34,973 nt of DNA from a virus (lineage: Duplodnaviria; Caudoviricetes). The notes under the pieces are model-generated. The model had not been told where the DNA came from. It ran no database searches and saw nothing but the letters and a program-made list of their open reading frames with translations. Shown one piece after another: positions 1 through 9,237 of the stretch. The stretch is from positions 1 to 34,973 of the IMG/VR virus record IMGVR_UViG_3300022670_000534; one strand, 5' to 3'. The position numbers and the translations under genes are program-made. The first letter of the stretch is position 1. Each line of letters starts with the position of its first letter.

Positions 1-114
1 GCTATAGTTGTTTGGCTATGTCAAAACACTAACATTTATAATGAACAGGCAGATAAAATTGCTTCAGCATTACTGCTTGGCCTAGTGCCTTACACAACCA
101 GAGATGAAGGATAA
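1..114 (+). CDS. 3' end of hypothetical protein (truncated by window)
   Basis: Frame 1 is open from base 1 (AIVVWLCQN...TRDEG) to TAA at 112-114, directly before the next SD and ATG. Confidence 0.5.
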   Translation, partial: AIVVWLCQNTNIYNEQADKIASALLLGLVPYTTRDEG

Positions 115-119
115 ATAGT

Positions 120-314
120 ATGAAAACTTCAGGAAGATTTAGAGCAGTAGCACTGGCGTTGGGAATCAGAATGCCAGAAATTAAAATCAGTAAACCACCA
201 AAAACCCGACAGCCATCGAAAACCCGTAATGGTAATACATGTTCGGGAGCAGCAAGGCTTAAACGTATTGCCACAAAACGCAACATGGCAAAAGCAAGAG
301 CCAGCAAGCGTTAA
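120..314 (+). CDS. small basic hypothetical protein
   Basis: AAGGA upstream of the ATG; 64 aa, K/R-rich; same strand as neighbours. Confidence 0.55.
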   Translation: MKTSGRFRAVALALGIRMPEIKISKPPKTRQPSKTRNGNTCSGAARLKRIATKRNMAKARASKR

Positions 315-322
315 CAAATTAT

Positions 323-413
323 GGTGCTGTTAATAATTTAAACTTAGAAACTAAGACTCTGATCCTCAAATCTATGTCCTAGCGGATTTGTAAAAACCTT
401 AACAGCACCACCA
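323..413 (+). ncRNA. candidate CCA-ended multi-stem RNA
   Basis: GGTGCTGTTAA (323-333) pairs with TTAACAGCACC (399-409), followed by A-CCA; internal hairpins CTTAG/CTAAG and CAAATCT/GGATTTG; intergenic. Confidence 0.45.
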
Positions 414-437
414 CATTAATCAAAATAGAGAAATATC

Positions 438-1160
438 ATGAAAAAAAACTTATTCTTCGATACTGAAACACAATTTCTACCCGTGTGGAAAGAACCATCA
501 GGCGGTGAGAATCAACCACATCTAGTTCAATTGGCCGCTATCCTGTGTAACGCTAATACTTGCGAAATTATCGATACGATGGACGTTATTATTAAACCTG
601 ATGGTTGGGAAATTCCCCAAGAAACTATCGACATTCACGGCATCACAAATGAGATGGCATTAGAAGTGGGCATCCCAGAAAAACAGGCATTAGAACAATT
701 TTTAGAATTGTGCGGCGATGCAGACAGAGTTGCCTATAACAGAACATTCGATCAACGGATAATTCGTATCGCGACTAAACGATACAGCACCGATGAAGTT
801 ATAGATAAATGGGCTATCAAAGATAACTTTCATTGTGCCATGATGTTAGCCAAACCAATTGTTAAATGTCCAGCCAAAACTAAAGGGAAATTTAAAACCC
901 CTACGTTACAAGAAGCATATGAGCATTTCTCTGGTAAAAAATTTGATGGTGCTCATAACGCAATGGCCGATACTCAAGCTTTAATGAAAGTATATTGGGA
1001 TTCCATCGGCGGTGAAGATAGTGCAATGGTTTTGCTACGCGCCGATATTAAAAAGGCGAGACAAACTTTACAGTACACTGATTCATCGCAAGCCTATACA
1101 AATCAGAAAGATGAAATCCATGACATGCAAGTTCGATTAAAACAACTGGAGAATAAATAA
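438..1160 (+). CDS. DnaQ/DEDDh-family 3'-5' exonuclease
   Basis: ExoI FFDTET, IHGIT, ExoII AYNRTFD, ExoIII GAHNAMAD motifs. Confidence 0.9.
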   Translation: MKKNLFFDTETQFLPVWKEPSGGENQPHLVQLAAILCNANTCEIIDTMDVIIKPDGWEIPQETIDIHGITNEMALEVGIPEKQALEQFLELCGDADRVAYNRTFDQRIIRIATKRYSTDEVIDKWAIKDNFHCAMMLAKPIVKCPAKTKGKFKTPTLQEAYEHFSGKKFDGAHNAMADTQALMKVYWDSIGGEDSAMVLLRADIKKARQTLQYTDSSQAYTNQKDEIHDMQVRLKQLENK

Positions 1161-1459
1161 TGTCTAATTTTAGTGAAGCAACGATGTGCGAAGCAACGAC
1201 AACACCTAAATACGCTAATTTAATGCAGATACATAGTCAACTCATAGATATTCATCAACACATATGTGAATTGAATGATAAGTTAGGTGTAATCATGCGC
1301 ATAGACGAATCAGAAAAATCAAACTGCCCAGTTGATTCAATACAAGTACCATCACCTGAATCGTTGGTACGTGTATTAGATGAATTGCCAGGTATGGTTA
1401 CTAAAAAAGCTGATCAAATTCACAATTTATTAAATAATCTTGAAAAAAACCTAATTTAA
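1160..1459 (+). CDS. hypothetical helical protein
   Basis: TAATG overlap with the exonuclease stop; 99 aa. Confidence 0.7.
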   Translation: MSNFSEATMCEATTTPKYANLMQIHSQLIDIHQHICELNDKLGVIMRIDESEKSNCPVDSIQVPSPESLVRVLDELPGMVTKKADQIHNLLNNLEKNLI

Positions 1460-1488
1460 CCTAATCGCTGGAATAATAAGTAATTATT

Positions 1489-1508
1489 AGCCCCTGCATT
1501 GGGGCTTT
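1489..1508 (+). terminator. possible weak intrinsic terminator
   Basis: AGCCCC-TGCATT-GGGGCT followed by only a short T run, after the gene end. Confidence 0.4.
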
Positions 1509-1651
1509 AAGGTGCCAAAATATTAGATATCAACCATCAGAGGATAAGACAATGTAAACGCAGGGGGCAAGCCTCTAGGAATACTTAAGGTAAGTAACCA
1601 TCAATGACCCTTCGGGGTAGATACATATTCGAGCCTTTAATTTTTCCCAAT

Positions 1652-1672
1652 ACCTCTTAAGTGAGGTTTTTT
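1652..1672 (+). terminator. possible intrinsic terminator
   Basis: ACCTC-TTAAGT-GAGGT running into a T tract. Confidence 0.5.
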
Positions 1673-1703
1673 GGTGAAAGTATTTAATTAATGGAGAATA
1701 TTT

Positions 1704-2087
1704 ATGATAACAAGTGATATTGTCATGATTGTAGTAGTTGTATTGGTGGTTATCGTATTAGCTTGTGGTACGGTTGGTAATGAATTTTATAAGATATGTT
1801 TGGATGAAAACAATATAGATTACACCGATGAAGTGATTCATGGTCTAACTATTGATAAAATTACTGAAGTTGTAACTGATGTGATTACTAAACAGCAAGG
1901 TCTATTACCTCAACACGTCACTCCTGACCGAACAATTGCCAACCTTTATCTTGATTCACTGGATTGTGTGGAAATTGTAATGGATGTTGAAAATGCATTA
2001 CATATTGAATTAGACGAATATGAACTTGAACAACTCAAATCTATTCAGAATTTTATTGATTTAATTGATAGTGTGTACAGAAAGTAA
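1704..2087 (+). CDS. acyl carrier protein-like protein with N-terminal transmembrane segment
   Basis: GGAG SD; LYLDSLDCVEIVMDVE matches the ACP phosphopantetheine motif (LGxDSLDxVExVM); acidic C-terminal domain; hydrophobic IVMIVVVVLVVIVLA at the N-terminus. Confidence 0.8.
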   Translation: MITSDIVMIVVVVLVVIVLACGTVGNEFYKICLDENNIDYTDEVIHGLTIDKITEVVTDVITKQQGLLPQHVTPDRTIANLYLDSLDCVEIVMDVENALHIELDEYELEQLKSIQNFIDLIDSVYRK

Positions 2088-2158
2088 TTAACAACCATCC
2101 TAGCCTGCTGTATAACTGATAGATAGACCGTCACTGATGACAAATTAAGGATTCAACT

Positions 2159-2344
2159 ATGAGCAGGAACTCAGAATATGAGGCACGAAAGAAAGCTAAA
2201 GGTTTAATAAAAATGACTATATGGATCCCTGAAAAGACTAAACCAGATTTTCAATTGATGGCTGACTTCTGCGATAAACATCGTAGTTGTACACCGGAAA
2301 TGGTTAGAGATTCAATCAATGGTCAACTTAAAAAGGCGATTTAA
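2159..2344 (+). CDS. small ribbon-helix-helix-like DNA-binding protein
   Basis: TAAGGA SD; pattern YEARKKAKGLIKMTIWIPE (basic helix, then short strand and Pro) typical of phage RHH-like proteins. Confidence 0.55.
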   Translation: MSRNSEYEARKKAKGLIKMTIWIPEKTKPDFQLMADFCDKHRSCTPEMVRDSINGQLKKAI

Positions 2345-2346
2345 TC

Positions 2347-2808
2347 ATGAACAAAAAACAACTAACTGATCTGGTAATTGTACCGTTCTTAAAGCGAATG
2401 CCTCACGGTATGTCCGGTGAATATGCAATATTGTTAATATGGGCACATGAATCACTACGTGGTCATTTTTTAAAACAAAAAAAAGGTCCGGCTCTTGGTT
2501 GGATTGGCATGGAGCCGACAACACACAACAGTACCTGGAGGCATGGCGATTCTATTTGGAGAAACGCAGTATTGCTAGGCATTATTAGTAAATTCGAATA
2601 CGATAAGAAAATCAGGCCGTCAGCACAACTTCTACTTCGTGACTTACAATACAACGTTTTTATGGCTAGACAGCGCCTATTCATGAAACGTGAAGCTTTA
2701 CCGACTGACATTGATGATCTATCCAGGTATCTAAAAAAGCACTGGAATTCGATTCACGGAGCCGCTGACGAGATGGATTATCGTGATGACTATTTAAAAT
2801 GGCATTAA
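2347..2808 (+). CDS. lysozyme-superfamily/transglycosylase-like protein, putative endolysin
   Basis: AHES (catalytic Glu at helix end), QKKGPALG-x-x-GMEP-x-TH, AR...EALP and YLKKHWNS-x-x-GA motifs resemble phage transglycosylase-like lysins. Confidence 0.65.
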   Translation: MNKKQLTDLVIVPFLKRMPHGMSGEYAILLIWAHESLRGHFLKQKKGPALGWIGMEPTTHNSTWRHGDSIWRNAVLLGIISKFEYDKKIRPSAQLLLRDLQYNVFMARQRLFMKREALPTDIDDLSRYLKKHWNSIHGAADEMDYRDDYLKWH

Positions 2809-5147
2809 ACAGTAATATCAGTATCATCGCTGGTAACAAAACCAGCGACTAATATAGCTGCGTTTCTACGTAAATTAGCGCGGGTCGAAAATGAATCAAT
2901 ATCATAGACCCCTGCATTTACGCTTGCAGCATCCACTGGAGTTTCATCAATAGTATTACCCGATATATTAATTAAAATCTTATTAACGCCATTGTCATTG
3001 AACTGTTGAAATTGTAACATTCTTAATGATGTAGCAGCACTAGTGCCATTACCTAAAATCTTACAAGCACCACCCCAAGTTAAAGTTAAGTCTCCACCTT
3101 CTAATCTGGTAGTTGAGAAATAAGACCCAACCAAAGATAGTCCTTCAGTGTTAAATTGACCTCCGTTAATAATTATTTCTCTGCAAGAGTCAGTAATCTG
3201 TTGAATATGACCTACGTTATCAATATCCATATATCTTCCTTCTAGAAGATCATCAATTGTTGATTGGTCTGATACGTTCTCCAGCATTCTGCTTCTTACA
3301 AAACGTAAATAATCAATACCAATAACATCGTACTTTTGTATAGTGCCATCAAAATGCGTAACGCCTTGGCTAACTAACGCGCCTGGTCTACCGTTTCGAC
3401 CGTCAATATCGAGTAATCCTATATTGGCTTTAATTTTATATTCACCACCACGACGAACATTCATATTAGTGGATATGTTACCTGGACCAACAAATAAACG
3501 TTCAACATAACCGGCTAAGAATGTTTCACATTCTATGTGATCAATAAAAATATCTTGAGAATGGAAGCCAAATTCACTGCCTGATTCAGCAATACCTATC
3601 GTTACTCCGTTATAAGTCTTAATCCTTATATTATGTTCCGATATACCATGAGTTGTCAGACCGGTAACTTCACTATTTGAATCAAATACTTCATCAAACG
3701 TGCAATAACCAGCATTACTAAAATCAAGTGTATGCCTTAATCCATTACCTCTCAACGAACCGCCGTTACAATTATGAGAAGCCGTAACCTTAACCAAATA
3801 ACCTTCACTAGGTCCGAATATATCAGCATCAATACCTATAGCGCGTGGGAACGTGCAAGCGTTGGCGAAGGTTGTATTTAAGGCAGTATTTTTAATACCA
3901 TCAGCAGTCAAACTTACTTTACAGTCGTATGCATGAAATAAATGAACACCCATGGTTAAATGATCGCGATCTGCTGAAATTGTGCCACTATCGACGTTAG
4001 CTGTAAAAGTTGAGATATCATTATATTCAAAATCAACACTACAACCTCTCGCTGGATCAATGTCAGTGAAAACGGTTTGAGCTGAACCGCCACCGCTGAA
4101 AGTCATACCAAAAGGAAAAACAAAATCAGTTGTCACATCTAATCCCGATATTGCTAAAACTCTAACTAATCTTGCAATTTGGCGACTTATAACATTAATA
4201 CCGTCAACAGTTTGTTCTCGTAAATTTAACTCAAGAAACCCATCAACTACTATTCCAGTAGTTGAAGCAACGGTTATGGTGCTACTATCTTTGAGAATAG
4301 GTGCTGTTACTGTAGTTGAAGCAACGCCGCGAGTGCCACGCAAATTAATTAATGCATTACCTTCATCGAAGTTTGATTGTGTATTAGGAATATTAGCAGT
4401 GGTCTTAAAACCCTCTAATTGATTGAAATTTACATTTTTAGGAACAGCATTTAACCAAGCTGGGTTTGCAATAAATGTGTCCTTGCTAGCTTCTAAGGTT
4501 GCACCCAGATCGTTAAAAAAAGTTAAAAACTCATCCATGAATGGTTGCTTGTCTTCGGTAGCACCATAAGTGTAACCAAGAACAGATAAATCTATTTTCT
4601 TTATGTCTTTTTTTAATACCCAACTTAAAGACAAACTACCATGGGCAACTATGGTTTTTCCGTTTGCTGTGCCTGTGCCTGATATAACATCACCAGCCGC
4701 CCCGCCGCCATTCCCTGTTGAACGCTCCTTTGTAGTAACAACATCACCAACTTCCGCCGATGTGTCAGCTTGCCATATTGCCAGCGTTGCTGGGTTTAGC
4801 CTGCTGATTGTGTTATCTATATTATTCTCATCTGATGGTCTTGGTACGTTATCAAATGGACCCATATAAAAAGGAGTGTTGGCCGCTGCATCAGTGGCAT
4901 TGGCAAAAATACCCCATTTATGTTTTTTATCGATATATGGAAGTATTTCGTTTCCGGTAACTTCTAGTTTACCCGCTGCATTATAGGTTATGGATGCTTG
5001 TGGACTTCCTCCATCTTCATCTATGGCAATGGATGTGCTCGTTGTACCTCCTGGCAAAAAAGCTTTTAAAACAGCTCCTGAAAATGGATTACCATTACTG
5101 TCAAATACAGGATTCGGCACATCTGACATTACTGAAAAACTAGCCAT
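2805..5147 (-). CDS. tailspike / receptor-binding protein with beta-helix domain
   Basis: N-terminal head-binding-like FDSNGNPFSGAVLKAF; DGNGGG-like linker (TGNGGG); G/N/D/I-rich beta-helix-like body; last gene of the structural operon as in P22. Confidence 0.8.
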   Translation of the reverse strand: MASFSVMSDVPNPVFDSNGNPFSGAVLKAFLPGGTTSTSIAIDEDGGSPQASITYNAAGKLEVTGNEILPYIDKKHKWGIFANATDAAANTPFYMGPFDNVPRPSDENNIDNTISRLNPATLAIWQADTSAEVGDVVTTKERSTGNGGGAAGDVISGTGTANGKTIVAHGSLSLSWVLKKDIKKIDLSVLGYTYGATEDKQPFMDEFLTFFNDLGATLEASKDTFIANPAWLNAVPKNVNFNQLEGFKTTANIPNTQSNFDEGNALINLRGTRGVASTTVTAPILKDSSTITVASTTGIVVDGFLELNLREQTVDGINVISRQIARLVRVLAISGLDVTTDFVFPFGMTFSGGGSAQTVFTDIDPARGCSVDFEYNDISTFTANVDSGTISADRDHLTMGVHLFHAYDCKVSLTADGIKNTALNTTFANACTFPRAIGIDADIFGPSEGYLVKVTASHNCNGGSLRGNGLRHTLDFSNAGYCTFDEVFDSNSEVTGLTTHGISEHNIRIKTYNGVTIGIAESGSEFGFHSQDIFIDHIECETFLAGYVERLFVGPGNISTNMNVRRGGEYKIKANIGLLDIDGRNGRPGALVSQGVTHFDGTIQKYDVIGIDYLRFVRSRMLENVSDQSTIDDLLEGRYMDIDNVGHIQQITDSCREIIINGGQFNTEGLSLVGSYFSTTRLEGGDLTLTWGGACKILGNGTSAATSLRMLQFQQFNDNGVNKILINISGNTIDETPVDAASVNAGVYDIDSFSTRANLRRNAAILVAGFVTSDDTDITV

Positions 5148-5299
5148 TATTCACAACCTCCATTATGATATTTTGCCCATACTTCAAAAATGATTGCTGT
5201 CGAATAATTAAATAAATAAAGTCCAACCATTGATAAACCTATTCCTGGAGACAATATAAAGCCTGTAAAAATTAATGCCAACCACGTATTTATGCTCAC
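5147..5299 (-). CDS. 50-aa membrane protein (not in ORF track)
   Basis: GTG overlaps the upstream stop (GTGA) and its TAA overlaps the tailspike ATG; MSINTWLALIFTGFILSPGIGLSMVGLYLFNYSTAIIFEVWAKYHNGGCE. Confidence 0.65.
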   Translation of the reverse strand: MSINTWLALIFTGFILSPGIGLSMVGLYLFNYSTAIIFEVWAKYHNGGCE

Positions 5300-7218
5300 T
5301 TCTTTTCCTTTAATAGTTCTTTAATGGCTTTAAATGCACCAGCCTCGTTAATTCCTCGCGCTCTCTCGGCTACTTTCCCAACAGCACCAAGAGCAACATC
5401 AATAGCCCCAGCTTTAGTTGTTACAGCGCCAGCACCTTGCTTTAACGCTTGGTCTATTTGGCCTTGGAATGAAGTTCTGGCAACTGGGCCAAAAACCGCA
5501 TCTAATTCATCAACAAAAAGTATTTGAGTTAGTAGATCGTCTTTACCTGTGGATATACCTGTAATTCGTGGCAAATCAGTACCCCCATGCCTAGCAGCTA
5601 CGGATTCAATCTCACCCACTGAATCTAATAATCTAACTCGGGACTGAGCGTTGCTCATTAATCGCCTTAACAGAGTACCAACGGCCTTATCTGCGTTAGG
5701 ACCAGTTAAGTTTAATTTCCTACCCGCAACATCCTGTAGAGCATCAATGGCGCTAATGGTCTCTGAGAATTTAATATTTACCCGATTATAGTCGGGGAAT
5801 GTCTCATCTAATATACCGTCTAAGTTTCTACGAAGATTTTTTAAAATCCTTTCTGAACCACCAGGTAAGCCAGCCTTTGTTTTTCCGAATGTAACCTGAG
5901 AATCAATAAATCTTTTTAGGCGGTGTATATCGAATGCATCAGGTGCTTTAGTGTCTGTCATTCTTTCGATTGTTGTTTTTATGATGCTTTGTGCTGTTCT
6001 AGCTTCAGGGCTTTTACCTTCGATATCTGAACCTTTGAATATAGGTTTTAGATTACCGTTTAAAGTTATTCCCATAGATTCTAAATCGTCTATAAAAGTC
6101 TGAACAGCAGGTAAACTATCAACTTGCTTACCCTTTAATGATTTAGCGACAGTATCAAGCTCTTTACCAGCACTTCTATTACCAGCAACGACAGCTCTAT
6201 ATCTATCCATTAGCGTGTCACCAGCAATATCGCTAGGTCTGTTGGTAATTGCAAACACTTTATTTTTCTTGCCTCGCTCCATAATATTAACCATTTGGAG
6301 CATTTTATTTTTATCAGTTCTTGTGGCATTTTTTAAGGCAGCAATAACCCCTTTATCAAAGCCCTGATTTATGGCGTTAACTTCCAATGGCGCGGCCTCT
6401 ACTCGTGCCCCTCCGACATCCAATAAACTTTCAAGACCTGTTTTAGGTTCGCCGCGAATAACGCTAGGTCTTGCTAATTTAAACCCTGCTGTTTCTATGT
6501 CGGTTGAACCTTCTTCTAATAGTTTCGCAATGCGTTGTTTTGTTGGTGTCTGGAAATCAAATATAGCCTTTGCAATTGGTGTTACAACCTCGCCTACTTC
6601 GCTTATTACCTGTCCTGCCGTTGCCGCAGCTTGTCTAGCAACAGGCGCGACTCGACCAGCCACTCTCGTTGCTGCTCCAGCACCTTTAAGTGCAAACAAT
6701 TCCACCGCAGCCGTAGGTATAACTTCTGCAATAGTTGCCGCTAATGGGCTTCCTGTTTCTTCAAATACTCGTTGACCAGCTGTCGTTGAAATTCCTCGTT
6801 CTTGAGTTGATTTAATTGTTGCTACCGCTTGATCTAGTCCTTGACCGCTAATAAGTTCAACTAAACCGGCAATACCGGATATAGGGAAATTCGCAATATC
6901 AATCCCTTTTTGAACCAATCCACCAAGAGCCTCTAAACCCTGTCTTCCTGCCTCTGTTGTTGGCTGAAATGCTCCCTCTTGGAATTCCTTAACGGTTTCA
7001 GCTCCTGCGCCTGCTTCGGCAAATGGATTTAATGCCTGAAAAATACCAGCGACACCACCGGTGATGGCCCTACCGGCACCAGAAACTATAGCTCTAACTG
7101 GTTCAATAACAGCAGCGCCAACGAAATCAGGCTGTGTGATGGGTTGAGCTGTTGATATGTCAAAACCACCAATGGGCTGTTGTTGAATAGGTTTTGCTGT
7201 AGCGAGATCAAAAGCCAT
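5296..7218 (-). CDS. DNA ejection protein (P22 gp16-like position)
   Basis: 640 aa, A/G-rich helical; N-terminal FDxxTAxPI tandem motif; third of three ejection-type genes. Confidence 0.7.
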   Translation of the reverse strand: MAFDLATAKPIQQQPIGGFDISTAQPITQPDFVGAAVIEPVRAIVSGAGRAITGGVAGIFQALNPFAEAGAGAETVKEFQEGAFQPTTEAGRQGLEALGGLVQKGIDIANFPISGIAGLVELISGQGLDQAVATIKSTQERGISTTAGQRVFEETGSPLAATIAEVIPTAAVELFALKGAGAATRVAGRVAPVARQAAATAGQVISEVGEVVTPIAKAIFDFQTPTKQRIAKLLEEGSTDIETAGFKLARPSVIRGEPKTGLESLLDVGGARVEAAPLEVNAINQGFDKGVIAALKNATRTDKNKMLQMVNIMERGKKNKVFAITNRPSDIAGDTLMDRYRAVVAGNRSAGKELDTVAKSLKGKQVDSLPAVQTFIDDLESMGITLNGNLKPIFKGSDIEGKSPEARTAQSIIKTTIERMTDTKAPDAFDIHRLKRFIDSQVTFGKTKAGLPGGSERILKNLRRNLDGILDETFPDYNRVNIKFSETISAIDALQDVAGRKLNLTGPNADKAVGTLLRRLMSNAQSRVRLLDSVGEIESVAARHGGTDLPRITGISTGKDDLLTQILFVDELDAVFGPVARTSFQGQIDQALKQGAGAVTTKAGAIDVALGAVGKVAERARGINEAGAFKAIKELLKEKK

Positions 7219-8531
7219 TACTGCACCTCTTCAAATGTGCCATCTGGGAAAACAAACGCTCTGTTACCCTGCGCATCTGTCATTAATTGCCCACCTTGGC
7301 GACCACTCGGAGGAGTTGCGGGTAATTGTTGCGCTCCCCCTTGTCTATCAGTTGCAGTATCATCAGCAGTTTGAACTAATTGAGAAGATAATCGATCTTT
7401 TAAAGATGTAACATCCTTAATAAATCTAGCTTCGCCTCTTGTTCTAATTAACGCACCAGCGGCCAATTGTCTAATAATTTTAATATCAGTTTCACTTAAA
7501 ACACCAGTCATTAGAGATAAATTATCTGCTGTTAATAAACTTTCAGTTTCTTGAATATCTGCTATCGCTTCAGCTTCGCGATCACTTCTTATTTTTTCAC
7601 CAAACAAGAAACCAGCATCAGTGCCTTCAACCGAACCAAGAACATCATTTAACTCTTCATTACTAAGTATATTGTCTAACAACTCAATAGCACGATTTTG
7701 AAAAACTTGAGCTTTTTTAAGTCTGCGTTGCTCTGTTCGTACTTTTCCCGCTTCCTTTAACCCGCTTTCGGTAGTTTTGGCTGAATCCATAGCGGATTGT
7801 AATTGAATTAATTCTGCTGAGGACGCTTTTGGAAAACTAGTCTGTATTATTTGGGGTGATATTAATCTTCGTTGCTGTTCACTACCTTTATCAATAATTT
7901 GAGCCGCAGCCTTTAATCCATCCGTACCTCCACCAGCAACTGTAAATGCATCAGAGGCCTGTTGCGCTAGATTACTTGGTAAATCAGCTATTAATGATGG
8001 TGGTATAACCGCTTGCTCTCTCACCGCTGGTGTTTGTGTTGTCGCTGTTGGTCGCGGCGCTACTTCCGCAATAAGCTCTCCACCAGGACCGAACCTTTGT
8101 TGGCCTTGGCTTAATGTGAAGTCAGCACTTGCTTTTGCAGGATCAGCAGCAAATGCTTGTGATTGCGCAATAGCTCGATCAAGATTCTCGTCTGTGAATG
8201 TACCTGCTGCAAACGTACCTGCTGGTATGCCAAATTTTTCAAGTTCTGGCTCTATGGCAGTGAAAGCTGCGTCTCTCTGTTCTAAAGGTAAACCGCGCAA
8301 AGCTCTCGCTGCCTGACCAAAAATAGTCATGCGTTGCAATGCCTGTTGTTGGCCAAACTGTGTTTCTCCCCGTTGAGCACCAACTTGTGCTTGACCTAAT
8401 TGTAACTCAGCTAATTGATTTCTAATAGGCGCAGCTGTACGTTCGCGAGCAACATCTTGCTCCGCTGCCTGTATTTGTAAAGCGCCGCGTCTACCTGCTT
8501 GAAACGAGCTTACTGGGTCAAATGTTGCCAT
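7218..8531 (-). CDS. DNA ejection protein (P22 gp20-like position)
   Basis: Q/A-rich helical 437 aa; TLSQGQQRFGPGG and C-terminal TDAQGNRAFVFPDG motifs; synteny. Confidence 0.7.
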   Translation of the reverse strand: MATFDPVSSFQAGRRGALQIQAAEQDVARERTAAPIRNQLAELQLGQAQVGAQRGETQFGQQQALQRMTIFGQAARALRGLPLEQRDAAFTAIEPELEKFGIPAGTFAAGTFTDENLDRAIAQSQAFAADPAKASADFTLSQGQQRFGPGGELIAEVAPRPTATTQTPAVREQAVIPPSLIADLPSNLAQQASDAFTVAGGGTDGLKAAAQIIDKGSEQQRRLISPQIIQTSFPKASSAELIQLQSAMDSAKTTESGLKEAGKVRTEQRRLKKAQVFQNRAIELLDNILSNEELNDVLGSVEGTDAGFLFGEKIRSDREAEAIADIQETESLLTADNLSLMTGVLSETDIKIIRQLAAGALIRTRGEARFIKDVTSLKDRLSSQLVQTADDTATDRQGGAQQLPATPPSGRQGGQLMTDAQGNRAFVFPDGTFEEVQ

Positions 8532-8538
8532 GATACAC

Positions 8539-9237
8539 CTATTGTCCGAAACTGCTTAAGTCAACCACTGGAGCAGGTTGACCAGGAGGAACCGCCGCCG
8601 CTGGTTGTGATAAATTAGAAACAACTGGGGCCGACGTCTGTCCACCGAATAGATTAGGAAATGCACCAAAGGCACCTGTGATATTCTGAAGTGTGCCTGT
8701 TATTGCTTGTGCTTGACCTGCTATACCAGCAGCCTGGGCCTGGCCTTGTACCCCTAATAAATTTGCTATATTCGTTCCTGTTTGTAATGCAGCTGTACCT
8801 TGTCCTGCGGCTACATTTGCCCCCAAACCAGCGACATTGAATAGTTGGTTAAACCGCTGATTCTGTAGTGTACCGGCTAAATTAGTCTGAAATCTGGATA
8901 AATCCTGAAGTGTACCTCCAGCACCTAAACGACCTCTTGCGGCTGCGCTTTCTTGGATTTGTTCAAATCCCTGGTCACGTAAAAAATTAGCTACCGGATT
9001 GTCTAATGCTTGTGAGGGATCTTGAAGAAAACTGGTTAATTGTTCGGCACCTGCAACACCGAGTGCGCGAAATGGTTCAGTGCGAGCTTCAAATGCTTCT
9101 CTAGCGGCTCTTTGCTCTAATATTCCAGCTTCGGCTGCTCCTTTGGTAGCAGCAGCACCTCTTTTTGAAGAGCTGACACCTACAACCCCGCCTATTACTG
9201 CTGCGCCTATTACTGCTGCTGCTACCATATCAATCAC
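8539..9237 (-). CDS. DNA ejection/pilot protein (P22 gp7-like)
   Basis: Hydrophobic AAAVIGAAVIGG N-terminus, PFxxxG, SAAARGxLGAGGTL motif typical of gp7-like transfer proteins. Confidence 0.8.
   Translation of the reverse strand: MIDMVAAAVIGAAVIGGVVGVSSSKRGAAATKGAAEAGILEQRAAREAFEARTEPFRALGVAGAEQLTSFLQDPSQALDNPVANFLRDQGFEQIQESAAARGRLGAGGTLQDLSRFQTNLAGTLQNQRFNQLFNVAGLGANVAAGQGTAALQTGTNIANLLGVQGQAQAAGIAGQAQAITGTLQNITGAFGAFPNLFGGQTSAPVVSNLSQPAAAVPPGQPAPVVDLSSFGQ

Noticed and set aside
373-383. Loop 11-mer TATGTCCTAGC also present at 10417-10427, antisense to a tail gene mRNA
   Set aside because: A single 11-nt match mid-CDS, found after looking at many candidate words; compatible with chance.
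2130-2141. CTGATGA, resembling a hammerhead ribozyme core
   Set aside because: No properly placed GAAA or stems; it sits in a simple GTCA/TGAC hairpin.
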